Source: Octopus sinensis | Taxonomy: Eukaryota | Direction of reading: 5' to 3' | Length of the DNA: 64,000 bases | Assembly: GCF_006345805.1 (NCBI RefSeq) | Contig: NC_042998.1 | Span: 35,092,001 to 35,156,000, forward strand | In this document: positions 50,250-63,901 of the stretch, piece by piece | Position numbering within the stretch: the stretch's first letter is position 1 | Layout: the number at the start of each line of letters is the position of its first letter | Translations under genes and position numbers: made by a program | Notes under the pieces: generated by a model | What the model was told of the DNA's origin: nothing | Database searches by the model: none | Seen by the model: the letters and a program-made list of their open reading frames with translations, nothing else

Positions 50250-51540
50250 TCTAAAGGTATTATTGTCCCTGCATTATGCCCAAAACATACAGCATCAATG
50301 ATGATAGCCTTGTGACTGCAATTCCAACATTTCAAGATGAAAAGGCGTCAGAAAGAAGCTTGATTGATAGATACTGGTAGAAGCTGGCCTTCTATTGACT
50401 GTATCTTATCAACCTGCATCAGTAAACTCTCAAAAGGGATATTAGCATACCACACTGATTTGCTCTGGTACGGACAAAACTGATATCCTAAAACAGGGCC
50501 AGTAACTAGGTATGTCAGAAGTTATTGCATACAGTAACTATATGCCAGAATTTGTTGCATGCCAGGATTTAATGTAAAAATATATACATGTTTAGAGCAA
50601 TGTGAAAATACTATCACCACAAGAGAACAAGCAGCCCATAAGAAGGGAGCTTGAGAATGCGGTGAGCAATTGTTGGTCAATAAAACTGTAAAGTCAAAGA
50701 TGCAGCAGCATAAAAGGGATACGTTTTCAGAGTGGTTAGACTATAAGAAAGCTTTTGACTCTGTCCCCGACTTCGGGAAGCTAGAGACCTTTCAACTTGC
50801 TACAATTTCTGAGAACATAATCAAAGCCGTAACTGACCTGACTTCATCTTGTGTCACTATCCTGAAGTTGAAAAACAAATGATTGCAGGAGTATATTCCA
50901 AGGCAATTGTTTATGTGTTATGCTTTTTCATCCTTCCAATTGACCCTTCTGATTCATGCTGAAGGTTTAAAGGCTATCTCGCCGATTCGCAAGGAACAGC
51001 AGTGCTAAGATTTCACATTGCTCCTTCGTAGCTGACTTGAACTGCATACCAGGAGCATGCATGATATGAAAAAGAACCTTGGCCCGGGTATAACATTCTC
51101 AAAAATATAGCGATGCATCTTGGCCAAGATGAAAGTTCCCGTATGAATCTAAAAATAGAGGAATTTATAATCCAAACTAGCAGAATCTCCATCAATAGCT
51201 TGACTATTTCGTCGATACCTGATAAGAAATGCTACAGGTACCTTAGGATAGACGAAAACATATCTTGTGGTGGTACTACTAACAAGGTACCCACCGACAA
51301 GGAATATAACAGCCTCAGAACTCTCTACATACAATAAAACAATTGCTTACAATGTCTTTGCAGTACCAGTTCTCATATCAACATTTGGGTTACTTGCTCG
51401 GACGCTTAATGAGATCCGAGCCTTTGAATTGAAAACCCAAAACTTGACCAGCAAAAATAATCTTCATATCAAGTGACTTGGACCGCTTCTTCCTAAAACG
51501 AAAACAAAACCGGAGAGGCTTAATATAGCGAAAGCCAAAT
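50250..51540 (+). pseudogene. Old R4/Dong RT region
   Basis: QLLVNK...EWLDYKKAFDSVP, SIFQGN, FVADL, YRYL, NKTIAYNVFAVPVL, KSDLDRFFLKRKQNRRGLI across broken frames. Confidence 0.85.
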
Positions 51541-52044
51541 TTCACAAATCGATTCTACAAGCATAATTTGACAGGTTTGTCAAAATTCATCTGGTTTTTG
51601 CGCGTCATTTACTTGGTCAATATCAATGAGAACACAGCTGTGTAGACGACACAGTAATTTTCAATCGGTAATACGATGCCATTTTTAGAGGGCAGGAGAG
51701 AGAGAAAATAAGAAATGTTTTTCCAGAATAAGATTGAATCACCGATTAAAATTATTAACACTGTGCGTCCACTCAACTAAATACATTTTAATTAACTTGA
51801 CTTAAGGATTTGGTTAAGAGAAAAAATCGATATTTTGAAGTGATAACTAGCTTTTGGACAAAGACTTTTATTAATGCAACTAGAGGCAAATTAAATGGCA
51901 ACTTTTAGAGTGACTTTCTACAAGCAAGAAACAAAAATATAACTTTGAAATATTGGATGGAAATCTGTGCGCGGAAGACACGTGTGACTTTTATATGATT
52001 AACTTTGGAAATTTCGATCGAATGGCACATAAAAAGCTAAACAT

Positions 52045-52290
52045 ATACCGTAAATCCTCGAATATAATCTGCACTTTTTTCCCAAAGTTTAAAGGTCAAA
52101 ATCCCTAGTGCGTATTATACACGAGGTTAAAATGAAAATTATTTTCTAAGCAATGTTCAAGTCTCCATTTGCTGTCCGGCAATGTTTATTCAGACGTATT
52201 TTGTGATTTCGGGCGCGAAAATACCTTAAGCTAAGCCTGTAAGCAATGAAGTCACAAAATAATCATCCATTACTCTGCTTTTAGCTTTCG
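52045..52290. mobile_element. Tigger/pogo-like terminal fragment
   Basis: TA-ccgtaaatcctcgaatataatc...tagtgcgtattatacacgagg; the partner TIR was not found. Confidence 0.5.
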
Positions 52291-52619
52291 AGTACTATTC
52301 TTTCCACTTGTATGTATACATGTGTGTGTGTATGTGTGTATACATGTATATTCGTGTGTATGTATGTATGTATGTATGTATGTATGTATGTATGTATGTA
52401 TGTATGTATGTATGTATGTATGTATGTATGTATGTATGTATGTATGTATACATGTATATTCGTGTGTATGTAGTATGTATGTATGTATAATGCATGACCA
52501 AATTCTTTGATAAAAACAATTTTTTACGCTCAGAAATATAGTTTTGGTAACTTTGACTGATGAAACTTTGCGCGTAGAATGCCTTTTCTTGAGTCTTCAT
52601 TTTTGTAATTAATTGTCAA

Positions 52620-54290
52620 AAATTAATACCGGCTGGTAGGATATTAAGGTTGTACTAGAAGGTCAGTGGAGTGAATATTACAGCGGATGACGTGATATTT
52701 TCACTTGAGAAATTCCCTTGTAGGGAATTGATATTATGAATAGTAAGAAGTCCCCGAAACAGAGGGGAGTCGGAAGCATGTTTTCTTGGAATCAGAATAA
52801 TTTCCTTGAAACATTGGTTTCCCAAAGTGGTCAGCTTTATATAGAAGATTTAGACCCACATATGGAAGCTTAATATTTTCTGTTTCTATTGAAGCAACCT
52901 CCGCCTCAAAAATTGCAATAATAATAGATCTATCATCGATGTCATCAATTAGAAAAAGATTCGCAAGAATTCGAAGCACGGTTTTAGCCGTTTTAGATTC
53001 CCCGACCTAAAAATCATCGTAAAGTTACCTTCATTTTATCTCCTGTACCCGTTCGTTGCAATGATTGGTTTAAAAAGTGCAACAAACTTTTTAATTCAGA
53101 ATTTGTACATCGTTTTATGATATCGTTGAACTGGATGTGTTTGCATACCAAATGCTCAGTGAAAAGAGATGGATGCGATCTCTTAACAGACAGATTACCA
53201 CATCTGGTACTCCGTTTATTACAGTAATAAGTTTATGAATATTTAATAATGTTTTTCAAGGCAATACTTTTGGTGGTTTTCTTTGAGCTTATCATGTCCA
53301 ATAAGTCTTTTGCCTTTCACATTTTTCTAACATAGCGAACAAATATAACTATTTGTGGGATATTTTGAGTATTTTGGATATCTATACATTGATCCAGTGT
53401 TAAACTGGAAGCAACACAGCTTTCGAGATCAGATTCATAGATATATCTGATGAGAGTTAGATAAAAGATGGAAACTGGCTTTATTGCTTCTCGAATTTTG
53501 GAGTTTTTCTGGAGCAAGAGCTGCAACAACATCACTAATCTTCTCCATGGCTTTAAGAAAGTTGACTGAGCAATATTTTCAGCTATAATACAAGCAACTT
53601 GAGCAGTAAAACCATTTTGCATAAAATGGGAGAACATGCTTTTTTTTTCATTCAATGATGAATTTGAATTTTAACATTTTCTAATATTTATTCACAGTAT
53701 TAATACGAAAGAAATACAGACGTTGTGAACTTTCTTGTAAATAAATTCATGCAGACGTATTAACTAAGTAACTTTATACGAATTCATGTGCGCGAATGTT
53801 AGATAAGACACCACGTCATTTTACCATTTATAGTAAAGTGAAATTGCTTCCATATTTCTGGTTGGAAGCAAAGATTTTGTTCGTATTCTCATCTTAGATT
53901 TACTTTTCTATTGTCTTTATATAAATATACCACCTAACATAAAAATTCATTTTAAATATTCATGAATTCATTAATTACAAAAGCAGATGTACTTGTTGAT
54001 ACCTAAAGTTCAATATTTCCTGAAATTTATCATAACATAAGGGAAATCATTTATATACGCATGTTATGAAAATAAAGAAATCTTTACCTAAGGATAAGAG
54101 TAAATGCTTGGAATACATTTAGGAAGTCGAAATTGCAGTTTGGACGTGTTAATATGTTAATCTTTAGTTCTCTGAATTATTCTGTTTGCATCTATAGTCT
54201 ATAGAATTTGGAAGAAAACTGAAAGCTACGAATTATCTTGGGTGTCGAATATAGCAGGTTTGAGAGCCGCATGTAGTTCCCCAAATGCAA
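52620..54290 (-). pseudogene. Degenerate hAT (Buster/Charlie/SPIN-like) transposase remnant
   Basis: SSLTLDQCIDIQ...QIVIFVRYV (cf. SLALDESTD...QLxIFVR); KLKETT; FQGNYSDSKKTCFRLPSVSGTSY (cf. C-terminal dimerisation region); gagagccgcatgt near 54262 resembles a subterminal motif. Confidence 0.75.
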
Positions 54291-55039
54291 TTTTATCAAT
54301 TTTGAAATCTTCGTGCTGTCGTTCTACATTTGTTTTCCGTTCTGGCATGGATTAACTGCACTTTCTAAAGAAGTGTTTTATGGCCGTATGCCCTTTCATA
54401 CATATACCCACATACGTACGCATGGTATAAGTCATGCATACACACCAATTTTAGGTGTTACGTTGTCTCAGTTAATCAAACTTCAAGATAACTGGTACCA
54501 CCTTTGTAAAAGATGCCTATATAGCTGGCAGATTACGTAGCAAGGTAAATTTAATAGAGAATACAGCAGCAGAAATAATAATTCCAATGTATGATAGTTT
54601 GTGGTTTTAACCCCAAAATTATTTCGGTCAAGGATTAAATGTCTTAAACATTGAAATAAATCAACATATATTGAAATAATTAATTCATAAACTCTTTTCG
54701 CTTTTAAGTCATTCTTGGTCATTAGTTGTCAAATGGACACCAATCACAAAATACTGCTCATCTATTAAATAGAGTCAGGAATCAAAAAATAAAAATTGTG
54801 AGCATTTGCTTGTGGGAGATAAGGTAATAAAATCCCAAATAACTGGTAGATCATAATTAGATTACTTAGCACTTGGGGTGGGAAAAATCAAGCGTGTCTA
54901 GGAATGGCACATCGATAGAGGGGCGGTCAGAGGTAAGTAATGGAATGCTAAATATCCGAGAAACAGGGAAAAACCTAAATTTTAATTATATTTGAAACTT
55001 TATAAAAATGGTAATTAATTTCTTCTTTCTAGTGTTTAT

Positions 55040-55410
55040 TCGTTTATTCTTTTACTTGTTTCTGTCATTTTGACTGTGGCCAGGCTGGAGCACCACCCGG
55101 ACTTATTCTTTGTAAGTCTGGTACTTATTCTATCGGTCTCTATTACCGAAATTCTAATTACGGGGACGTAAACACACCAACGTCGGTTGTCAAGCGATGA
55201 TGGAGGACAAACACAGACACATATACACAAGTATATACATATATGTTTACTACAGGCTTCTTTCAGTTTCCGTCTACCAAATCCATTCACAAGGCTTTTG
55301 ACGGCCCAAGGCTATAGCAGAAGATACTTACCGAAGGTGCCACGCAGTGGAACTGAACCGGGAACCATGTGGTTGGGAAGCAATCTTCTTACCACACAGC
55401 CACGCCTCCA
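55040..55410 (-). mobile_element. SINE family B
   Basis: attcttttacttgtttctgtcattttgactg ... cttaccacacagccacgcc. Confidence 0.9.
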
Positions 55411-55439
55411 TTTTCTTATTTTATCTTCAAAGTCACGGG

Positions 55440-55570
55440 CGTAACTATGCAGTGAGAAGCTTGCTTACCAACCACATGGTTCAGGGATCAGTCCCACTGC
55501 GTGACACCATAGCCAGGCGTCTTTTACTATAGCTTCAGGCCGGCTAAAACCTTGTGAAAGAAACCCGAAC

Positions 55571-55645
<75 letters not shown>

Positions 55646-55860
55646 TCTGTGTGTGTGTTTGTCCCGCGGCCCGCCACTTGACAACCGGTGTTGACATGTT
55701 TGCATCCCTGTAACTTAATGATTCAGCAAAAACGACCGATAGAATAAACAGCAGACTTTAAGAAATAAGTACTGGGTCGATCTATCCGACTTAAAATTCT
55801 TCAAGGCAGTGCCCCTGCATGGCCACAGTCTAATGACTGAAAAATGTGAAAGAGAAGATT
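55440..55860 (+). mobile_element. SINE family B, diverged
   Basis: gagaagcttgcttaccaaccacatgg ... catggccacagtctaatgactgaaa. Confidence 0.8.
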
Positions 55861-55969
55861 ATAAAAAAAAGATCGAATATCCCAAGTTTCTTCACCATTT
55901 CTGACTGCTTCTCCTCAGAATAGCAGAGTCCTTGTAGCCAGGTGCTACACCCATGAATGCAACAAATCC

Positions 55970-56492
55970 TATTTCTTTACTACCCACAAGGGCTAAACAT
56001 AAAGGGGACAAACAAGGACAGACAAACGGATTAAGTCGATTACATCGACCCCAGTGCGTAACTGGTACTTAATTTATCGACCCCTTAAGAATGAAAGGCA
56101 AAGTCGACCTCGGCGGAATTTGAACTCAGAACGTAACGGCAGACGAAATATCTATTTCTTTACTACCCACAAGGAGCTAAACACAGAGGGGACAAACAAG
56201 GACAGACAAACGGATTAAGTCGATTACATCGACCCCAGTGCGTAACTGGTACTTCATATATCGACCCCGAAAGGATGAAAGGCAAAGTCGACCTCGGCGG
56301 AATTTGAACCCAGAACGTAACGGCAGATGAAATACTGCTAAGCATTTCGCTCTGCGTGCTAACATTTCTGCCAGCTGCCGCCTTCAAAAGCAAAGTCGAC
56401 CACGGCGGAATTTGAACTCAGAACGTAACGGCAGACGAAATACTGCTAAGCATTTCGCCCGGCGTGCTAACGTTTCTGCTAGCTCGCCTCCT
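55970..56492 (-). mobile_element. SINE family A multimer
   Basis: tatttctttactacc at 55970 and 56153 (period 183), plus a further partial unit. Confidence 0.92.
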
Positions 56493-56963
56493 GATGCAGC
56501 TAAACCTAACGCCTACAAAACTCGCACGGATGTCATCTCTCTCTCTCTAGAACTCTCCATTAAACATGGAATCATCAGATTGAGATGACACCTACTGATC
56601 AAAGTCAAAATGCTTCTGAAACAGCAACCTTACCATTCTTATATTTCCTCTGGTTTGTATTTATGTCACAATACTTTTTTTTTCTTTTTACTTTTCCATG
56701 TAATGAACCAATTAACAGTTTTCTGTCTCTCATCTAATTAGCACTGTTTAAACCTTTTAATTAAAACCCATACACAGGTGATGCAATTACATTTTATTCA
56801 AATGAAAGGTTAAACAAACTAAAACTTTCACAATCATCAAATACATTATCACCTTTTCGAGTGATGAGCTGCTTTCAATGTTCTCATCAAAGGAAACCGT
56901 CGGATATTTTGCTTCATCGGGTTTCAGTCCTTCATTATATTAATCTCTTTTTCTTTATTTAAT

Positions 56964-57655
56964 GCGGCGAGCTGGCAGATTCGTTAACAAGCCGGGCGAA
57001 ATGCTTAGCGAGTATTTCGTCTGTCTTTACGTTCTGAGTTCAAATTCCGCCGAGGTCGACTTTGCCTTTCATCCTCTCGGGGTCGATTAAAAAAGTATCA
57101 GTTACGCACTGGGGTCGATATAATCGACTTAATCCGTTTGTCTGTCCTTGTTTGTCCCCTCTGTGCTTAGCCCCTCGTGGGTAGTAAAGAAATAGATAAA
57201 TTAAGTACCAGTTACGCACTGGGGTCGATGTAATCGACTTAATCCGTTTGTCTGTCCTTGTTTGTCCCCTCTGTGTGTAACCCCCTTGTGGGCAGTAAAG
57301 AAATAGGTATTTCGCCTGCCCCTACGTTCTGAGTTCAAATTCCGCCGAGGTCAACTTTGCCTTTCATCCTTTCGGGGTCGATTAAATAAGTACCAGTTAT
57401 GAACTGGGATCGATGTAATCGACTTAATCTGTTTGTCTGTCCTTGTTTGTCCCCTCTATGTTTAGCCCCTTGTGGACAATAAAGAAATAAGTATTACGTC
57501 TGCCGCTACGTTCTGAGTTCAAATTTCGCCGAGGTTCACTTTGCCTTTCATCATTTCGGGGTCGATAAATTAAGTACCAGTTGCGAACTGGGATCGATGT
57601 AATCGACTTAATCTCCTCCCCCACGCTGCCCTTGTCGCAAAAATTTGGAATCATT
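56964..57655 (+). mobile_element. SINE family A multimer (about 4-5 units)
   Basis: Head at 56964; unit junctions at about 57195, 57306 and 57490 (period 184 between the last two); probable TSD tcattatat(t/c)aat(c/t)tctttt. Confidence 0.92.
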
Positions 57656-57699
57656 ATATCAATTTCTTTTAAATGAGTACAGGGTCAGTTTCCCTCTCC

Positions 57700-57960
57700 C
57701 TCTGTCCCTTTCTGAATGTGGAATTAACATGCAAATGGCTGAGTACTCCATAAACATGCATGGCCTTAATGTAGTTCTCGGGGTGATTCGCCGTGACACA
57801 AATTGTGATGAGGCTGGCCCTTTGAATTACAGGTACAACTCAGTTTTGCCAAGTGAATGAAGTGGAGCAACAAGAAATACAAGGACAAAACAAGGACACA
57901 ACACACCTCTTGGAATCGAACTCACGACTTTAAGATCAACCACTTAGCCACGCGCCTTCT
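57700..57960 (-). mobile_element. SINE family D
   Basis: Reverse complement: agaaggcgcgtggctaagtggtt...gagttcgattcc...aaagggccagcc...gagaactacattaagg. Confidence 0.75.
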
Positions 57961-57984
57961 ACATCGTTGGCTAAATAATTATCT

Positions 57985-58395
57985 CTTTTACTCTTTTACT
58001 CTTTTACTTGTTTCAGTCATTTGACTGCGGCCATGCTGGAGCACCGCCTTTAATCGAGCAACTCGGCCCTGGGACTTATTCTTTTGTAAGCCCAGTACTT
58101 ATTCTATCGGTCTCTTTTGCCGAACCGCAAAGTTACGGGGACATAAACACACCAGCATCGGTTGTCAAGCAATGCTAGGGGGACAAACACAGATACACAA
58201 ACACACATATGCATATATATATACATATATACGACGGGCTTCTTTTCAGTTTCCGTCTACCAAATCCACTGACAAGGCTTTGGTCGACCCGAGGCTATAG
58301 TAGAAGACATTTGCCCTAGGTGCCACGCAGTGGGACTGAACCCAGAACCATGTGGTTGGTAAACAAGCTACTTACCACACAGCCACTCCTGCGCC
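57985..58395 (-). mobile_element. SINE family B, full length
   Basis: (ctctttta)n tail through ccactcctgcgcc. Confidence 0.95.
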
Positions 58396-59124
58396 TGTAT
58401 ACTTGTTTTATCGACCTTGCAAATAATGAAAGGCAAAGTTGGTTGTTGTTCGATTCGGTTCCTTTATGTACAAGAACAAAACAAACTGCCAGGAAGCCAT
58501 CAACACTGCACACTCTCCTATCCTCCAACTTTATTACGATGCTTTTATATTGATACAGATATTCAGTTATTGAAGAACAATAATACTGTCATTTGCTTCA
58601 ACACAAACGTCTAGCCTGCATTTATTTATTCTTTTAATTTTATCAGCTCCGACTTAAATCGAAGGAAACTAAGTTCAAAGTTGCATTAAAAATGTTATTT
58701 ACTCACTGGAGTATACAGCGCTGTCTTCACAATCACTAGATTCTAAACTTGAAATGGCCGTGGGAAAACGATTACGTCAAATGAGGATGCCTTCCTCCGG
58801 ATTACTTCGGAAATCTTTTAAAGCAGACGCTTTTCTTTTGACAGACAGGCAACAATACGTCATCTGGTTTAACTCATTCACCAAGCATTCAGCTACGTTT
58901 ATTAAAGGTGCCCACTCTGTCGCAAGCATGTGGATAAGGTCTCCAATGTGAGAATAATTTCTTACTTTCCTTCTACTTGTCATGGAAGCTCATTTTCTCT
59001 GACTCAGCCATTAAAACAAACTTACAGTTCAGGTTTTCACCAACACAATGCCTCTCTTTACGTTCTCTTCATAAAGCTAGATGTGTTCTAATAGAGTGAA
59101 ACATCTCGCATACTCTCGAGCCTA

Positions 59125-59351
59125 TACTCTTTTACTCTTTTACTTGTTTCAGTCATTTGACTGTGGCCATGCTGGAGCACCGCCTTTAGTCGAGAAAATC
59201 GACCCCGGTCTTATTCTTTGGAAGCCTAGTACTTATTTTATCGGTCTCTTTTTGCCGAACCGCTAAGTTACGGGGACGTAAACACACCAGCATCGGTTGT
59301 CAAGCAATGTTGGGGGAACAAACACAGACACACAAACACATACACACATAC

Positions 59352-59403
<52 letters not shown>

Positions 59404-59410
59404 GTATATG

Positions 59411-59474
<64 letters not shown>

Positions 59475-59610
59475 TACGACGGGCTTTTTTCAGTTTCCGT
59501 CTACCAAATCCACTCACAAGGCTTTCGTCGGCCTGAGGCTATAGTAGAAGACACTTGAAGGTGCCACGTAGTGGGACTGAACCCGGAACCATGTGGTTGG
59601 TAAGCGCCTA
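59125..59610 (-). mobile_element. SINE family B, head truncated
   Basis: Canonical 3' half, TA linker, 5' half to catgtggttggtaagc. Confidence 0.92.
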
Positions 59611-59833
59611 TTTCGATTTTTGATTGCAAATAGTACGCAGTATTTCAGTTAAGTAAATAAAGACCTCAGCAAAAGTCAGAAAATCACACTTTCTACTTTT
59701 GTTTTGATAATATCACAAGTTTCACACTGGTTTGTGGAACAATTATATTAAATAAATAAGAGTCTCGAATGATAAACATTAATATCTTATCAAAATGTAT
59801 AAAGACACTTCATATATATATATATGTTTATAT

Positions 59834-59888
<55 letters not shown>

Positions 59889-60249
59889 TTAGATAGAGAG
59901 AGAGGGAAGAAGAACGAGACACATGTAGATAAATAGATTATATCATTACAATTTTCAAAATAATTCTATTTAATTAATAATGGTATAATAAACAGGCAAG
60001 GAATGTAGTTTCGTAAATACATAGACGCAGACATGGTTCTGTTGTCACGAAGTTCGCTTTGTAGCCACGCTGCTCCTGGTTCATTTCCACTGTGAGGCAC
60101 CTTAGATAAATGTCTTTTGTTCGAGTTTCTGGTTGACCAATATCTCGTGAGTGGAATTTAGCAGACAGAAAACTTTTCCAAGAACGTATGCAAAAAAATG
60201 TATGCAAAAAATCCAAAAAACGGAAGCTTTACGATTTATGTTGTTGTTA

Positions 60250-60450
60250 AGGCGATGAGCTGCCAGAATTGTTAGCACTCCGGATAACATGCTTATCGGC
60301 ATTTCGTCTGTCTTTACGTTCAGAAATCAAACTCCACTGAGGTCGATTTTGCCTTTCATCCTTTCGGGATCGCTAAAATAAGTACCGAGTTGAGCACCAG
60401 GGTCGATGTGATCGACCAGCCCCTTTCCCTAAAATTTCATACCCTGTGTC
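60250..60450 (+). mobile_element. SINE family A variant
   Basis: aggcgatgagctgccaga...tttgcctttcatcctttcggg...ggtcgatgtgatcgac. Confidence 0.8.
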
Positions 60451-60486
60451 TATAGCAAAAAGGCTTACTACCATTATTGTTGCTGT

Positions 60487-60527
<41 letters not shown>

Positions 60528-61313
60528 GTCTTAGTGTTCAGATGAGTTTTTTTTTTTTCGCAATTAGTAAAAACAGAATTAAATCGGAGTATTGTGTAAA
60601 ACCAGATAATGTTTCCCATTTTCCTCCCAGAGTTATTGGAAAGAGCAAATAGAGAAATAACATATCTATACCTAAAGAAGGAGAACCAGAGAACCCTGTC
60701 TCCCTTTAAAAGGTTAATGGAGAAAGAACCACACGAAATAACGGGGCATATTTTCTAGTCTGAGTCATGTAAGACCTATAAGATCTCTCTGCTGTAAATT
60801 CAACCCAAAACACTGGATAAAATCGTCGTTTATAATTTAACCATTTTGATGACGAGAAAATCAAATACCTGTCATGTATTGGGGTCGATTTCATCGTCTA
60901 ACACTTTCTCCTCTTAGGCTGGTGTTATAAATAATGATTATTTGTAAAACTATTTCAGTGGTCTTAATTCAGTGGTCCTGTTTGCTTTCATTGAAAATCC
61001 AGACGCAACTATATTTTAGCAACGAGTATTAACGTGAATAGATTTAAAAGTTTACTGCGTCATATACGTCGTTCTCTTTTCCGTCGTGTTGTTTACGTGT
61101 GTAAATCTTTAAATTACTACTATCACATATTCGTGTTTATCATTTTTTCCCAATTTCTAAGGTGTCTATTGTTATACAGAGGGTTTCTATTTTCAATCTC
61201 CGTGTTGTTTATCTCTATTTCTGGTATTTTTTTTTGTATAGGTTCGTCATTTTGTTTACAGATACGAGGTTTAATCAAAATATATCGTCGCTGGTGCTAC
61301 AAAAAGTAAACTA

Positions 61314-61526
61314 CAGTAATCTCCCGACTATCGCGGGAAAGGTGAAATTTCGCGAAGTAGAAACAGTACTGTACTGTATTTCTTTTATTATTATTTTTAT
61401 AATTTGTATATATATATTTTATCATAAATGCAAAACAACACCACGAAAGAACCGATGTAAACTTAAATAATAAACCGTGATAAGTGAACCGCGATAAGTG
61501 AACCGCTATACGGCGAGGGGTTACAG
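61314..61526. mobile_element. Tigger/pogo-type MITE
   Basis: TA-cagtaatctcccgactatcgcg ... ccgctatacggcgaggggttacag-TA; internal gataagtgaaccgc repeats. Confidence 0.7.
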
Positions 61527-61554
61527 TACTGCACATATAAATTCGGCATCTCCT

Positions 61555-61795
61555 CCCCTTTGAAGTAGCCCACTTCTGAAGCTACACACTTTATTCAGCG
61601 TCGCTTCCATTCATGGAAGCATTCCTAGAATTCCTTTTGGAGGATAACGAACAGCTGCGCGTCACATTCTCATGGAGTTCCTCGACATCTTGAACATTTG
61701 TTCCTTTCAAGTAGGATTCCTTTCAAGCCTTGATTTCGGGGTCATAAAACATAAACCCACAATTCATCATTTGTTATGACCGTCTTCAAGCATAT
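61555..61795 (-). pseudogene. Internally deleted mariner transposase remnant
   Basis: FYDPEIK joined to LKGTNVQDVEELHENVTR and EF*ECFHEWKRR*IKCVASEVGYFKGE (mariner C-terminus). Confidence 0.8.
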
Positions 61796-61809
61796 ATATA
61801 CATACATGT

Positions 61810-62230
61810 GTATCTTTGTACTAATCTTAATTTGTATCTTAAGTTATTTATTAATAAATTTATTCATTTACTTATATGTGGCTTTATACATATTAGCAGT
61901 CTTATATATTTAGTCTATATTTGTACTCATCTTGATTTGTACTTTATGTTATTTATCTATTTATTTATTCATTTATCTATATGTAAATATTTACATAATA
62001 GTAGCCTGTATACTAAGTTTATCTATGTACTCATTTCAATGTATATTTTTCATTTTATTTTATGTTATTTATCTATCTATCTATTCATTTATGTATATGT
62101 GGATATATACATATTAGCAGTACTATATATTAGGTTTACCTTTGTATTTATCTTAATTTGTATTCTATGGTATTTATCTATTTATTTATTTATTTATTTA
62201 TATGTAGATATATACATACATATCCATTAT
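61810..62230. repeat. Degenerate AT-rich tandem repeat, about four units of 105-120 bp
   Basis: Recurring tttgtact/atctt(a/g)atttgta and atacatattagcagt blocks. Confidence 0.65.
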
Positions 62231-63790
62231 TTATTATAATAATATATATATATATATACAAACTTTTACTTATATTTTCATTTTAATTTTAATTATTTCA
62301 TCTTATTTTATTTTATTACATTTTAATTTTAAGTAATTACAATTATTAACTTATAATTAATTTAATTTATTGTTATTTACTTATATACTATTTATTGGTA
62401 AGTCCTGTTAATTGCTTTATAGGTATTTATATGTCCACTGATATTATTTAATGCTAAATCCTGTTAATTATTATATATGTATTTATGTGTCCACTGATAC
62501 TTAAAATATATATATATATAAGTACTACGAATGTTTACACGCACATTATATGTGAAAATATATGGTGTGTATGTATAGGTTTGTTGTTACACATGAGTAT
62601 ACATATGGACATGTAGATGTGAGTGTAATCCTATTAGTTCGTTGGTGAGGGTTTAAATAGGAAAATATTAGTATTGTAATAATACTAGATTTCTTACGTA
62701 GGGATGCTATCTGTATAAGCTATAAGGAGTTATTTTGATTATATATCTTAGAATATTAGCGTATTTTGACTTTTTACAATTAATTTCTTATAATTTAATT
62801 ATTATAAACCGATGTTAACTTAGTATATATATATTTTTATGTCTTTTGATAGACAAACAGAAACGGGTATTCTATACTTTATAATTTAGCGAATGTTTGA
62901 ATAAAACATAGCGGTAAAGTTGCGGACATTTTTAGTTATAAAATATTGTTTACGAAAAATACGGTGTCATATGAATTATGTACCTTATGACAAATTACAC
63001 TCTCTATCTGGATATAATTATATGTATGTTTGCATTTACTGATTTATTGACATATGTGAGTGGATCTATTTGTAAATACTTAGTTAATACCACGGCCATG
63101 GTGTCGTCCGGGGTGTCTGGATGTCTGAATGCATGTATGTGCAATCGGTTGAGTTCCTCTGTTTTGCATGTGTATAGTTGCGATACTACCTCTTATATTA
63201 TTTATTTATTTATTTATGATTTGGTTGTGTATGTGGGTATGTCTGTGTGTATGTGTGTGTGTGTGTGTGTATACATATAACTATGTATGTATGTGCGCAC
63301 GATTTGTGGATGTGCGTGCGCGTGTGTATGTTTCCTAGCTAACTAACCGTAAAATTTCCATTGTAATTCAAATTTAAAACTATAAACCAAGCGAATCCAT
63401 CTATGAAAATCAATACCATGCGGGCAGAGGAATTCGACTGATTGAGTATATATGTGGATGTCCGCTTGCATTGGATGGTACAGTAGTGGTTGTTATTATT
63501 ATTATTAATATTAATATTAATTTTATTGACTTTTTGTGTAATGACACATTTTAATAGATTGGACTGTTCAATATATATGCCTGCTTTAAATGTGAGTGTA
63601 CATGTTGTGGTTCCTTGATGTTAGTTATAGAACTGTGAGTTCAATATGGAACATTATTGTGTTTGTTAATGTATATTGATCTATATTGTTTATATTGTAT
63701 TATTGTGTATATATATATATGTAAGAATATGAGTGTGTATGCACACATATTTATATTTATATGTAAATTTTATTTCATACTTGCATTAAA

Positions 63791-63901
63791 TTCTCTGAAG
63801 AGGCCGTGAGCCATTCTTGTTAATGTCTCATTTATACCTGCTTTATATGGCTAATAGGTTAAATGGGACATACCTGTCTTCACGGCCGAAACAGCTGTCA
63901 G
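63791..63901 (+). ncRNA. Type-I hammerhead ribozyme motif (PLE pseudo-LTR type)
   Basis: CTGAAGA 63795-63801; stem II GGCCGTGA 63802-63809 / TCACGGCC 63880-63887; GAAA 63888-63891; palindromic ACAGCTGT; GUC site with cleavage predicted after 63899; AATAAA about 85 nt downstream. Stem I is only 2 bp. Confidence 0.75.

Noticed and set aside
54455-54544. 90-nt segment with plausible acceptor and donor
   Set aside because: Stop codons occur in all three frames.
55970-57655. Regularly spaced repeats suggestive of a CRISPR array
   Set aside because: The units are whole SINE sequences with no unique spacers, the context is eukaryotic, and there are no cas genes.
58754-58951. ORF with LTDRQQYV after a strong acceptor
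   Set aside because: It resembles a decayed LINE RT segment but the following motifs are missing; too weak to call either exon or TE.
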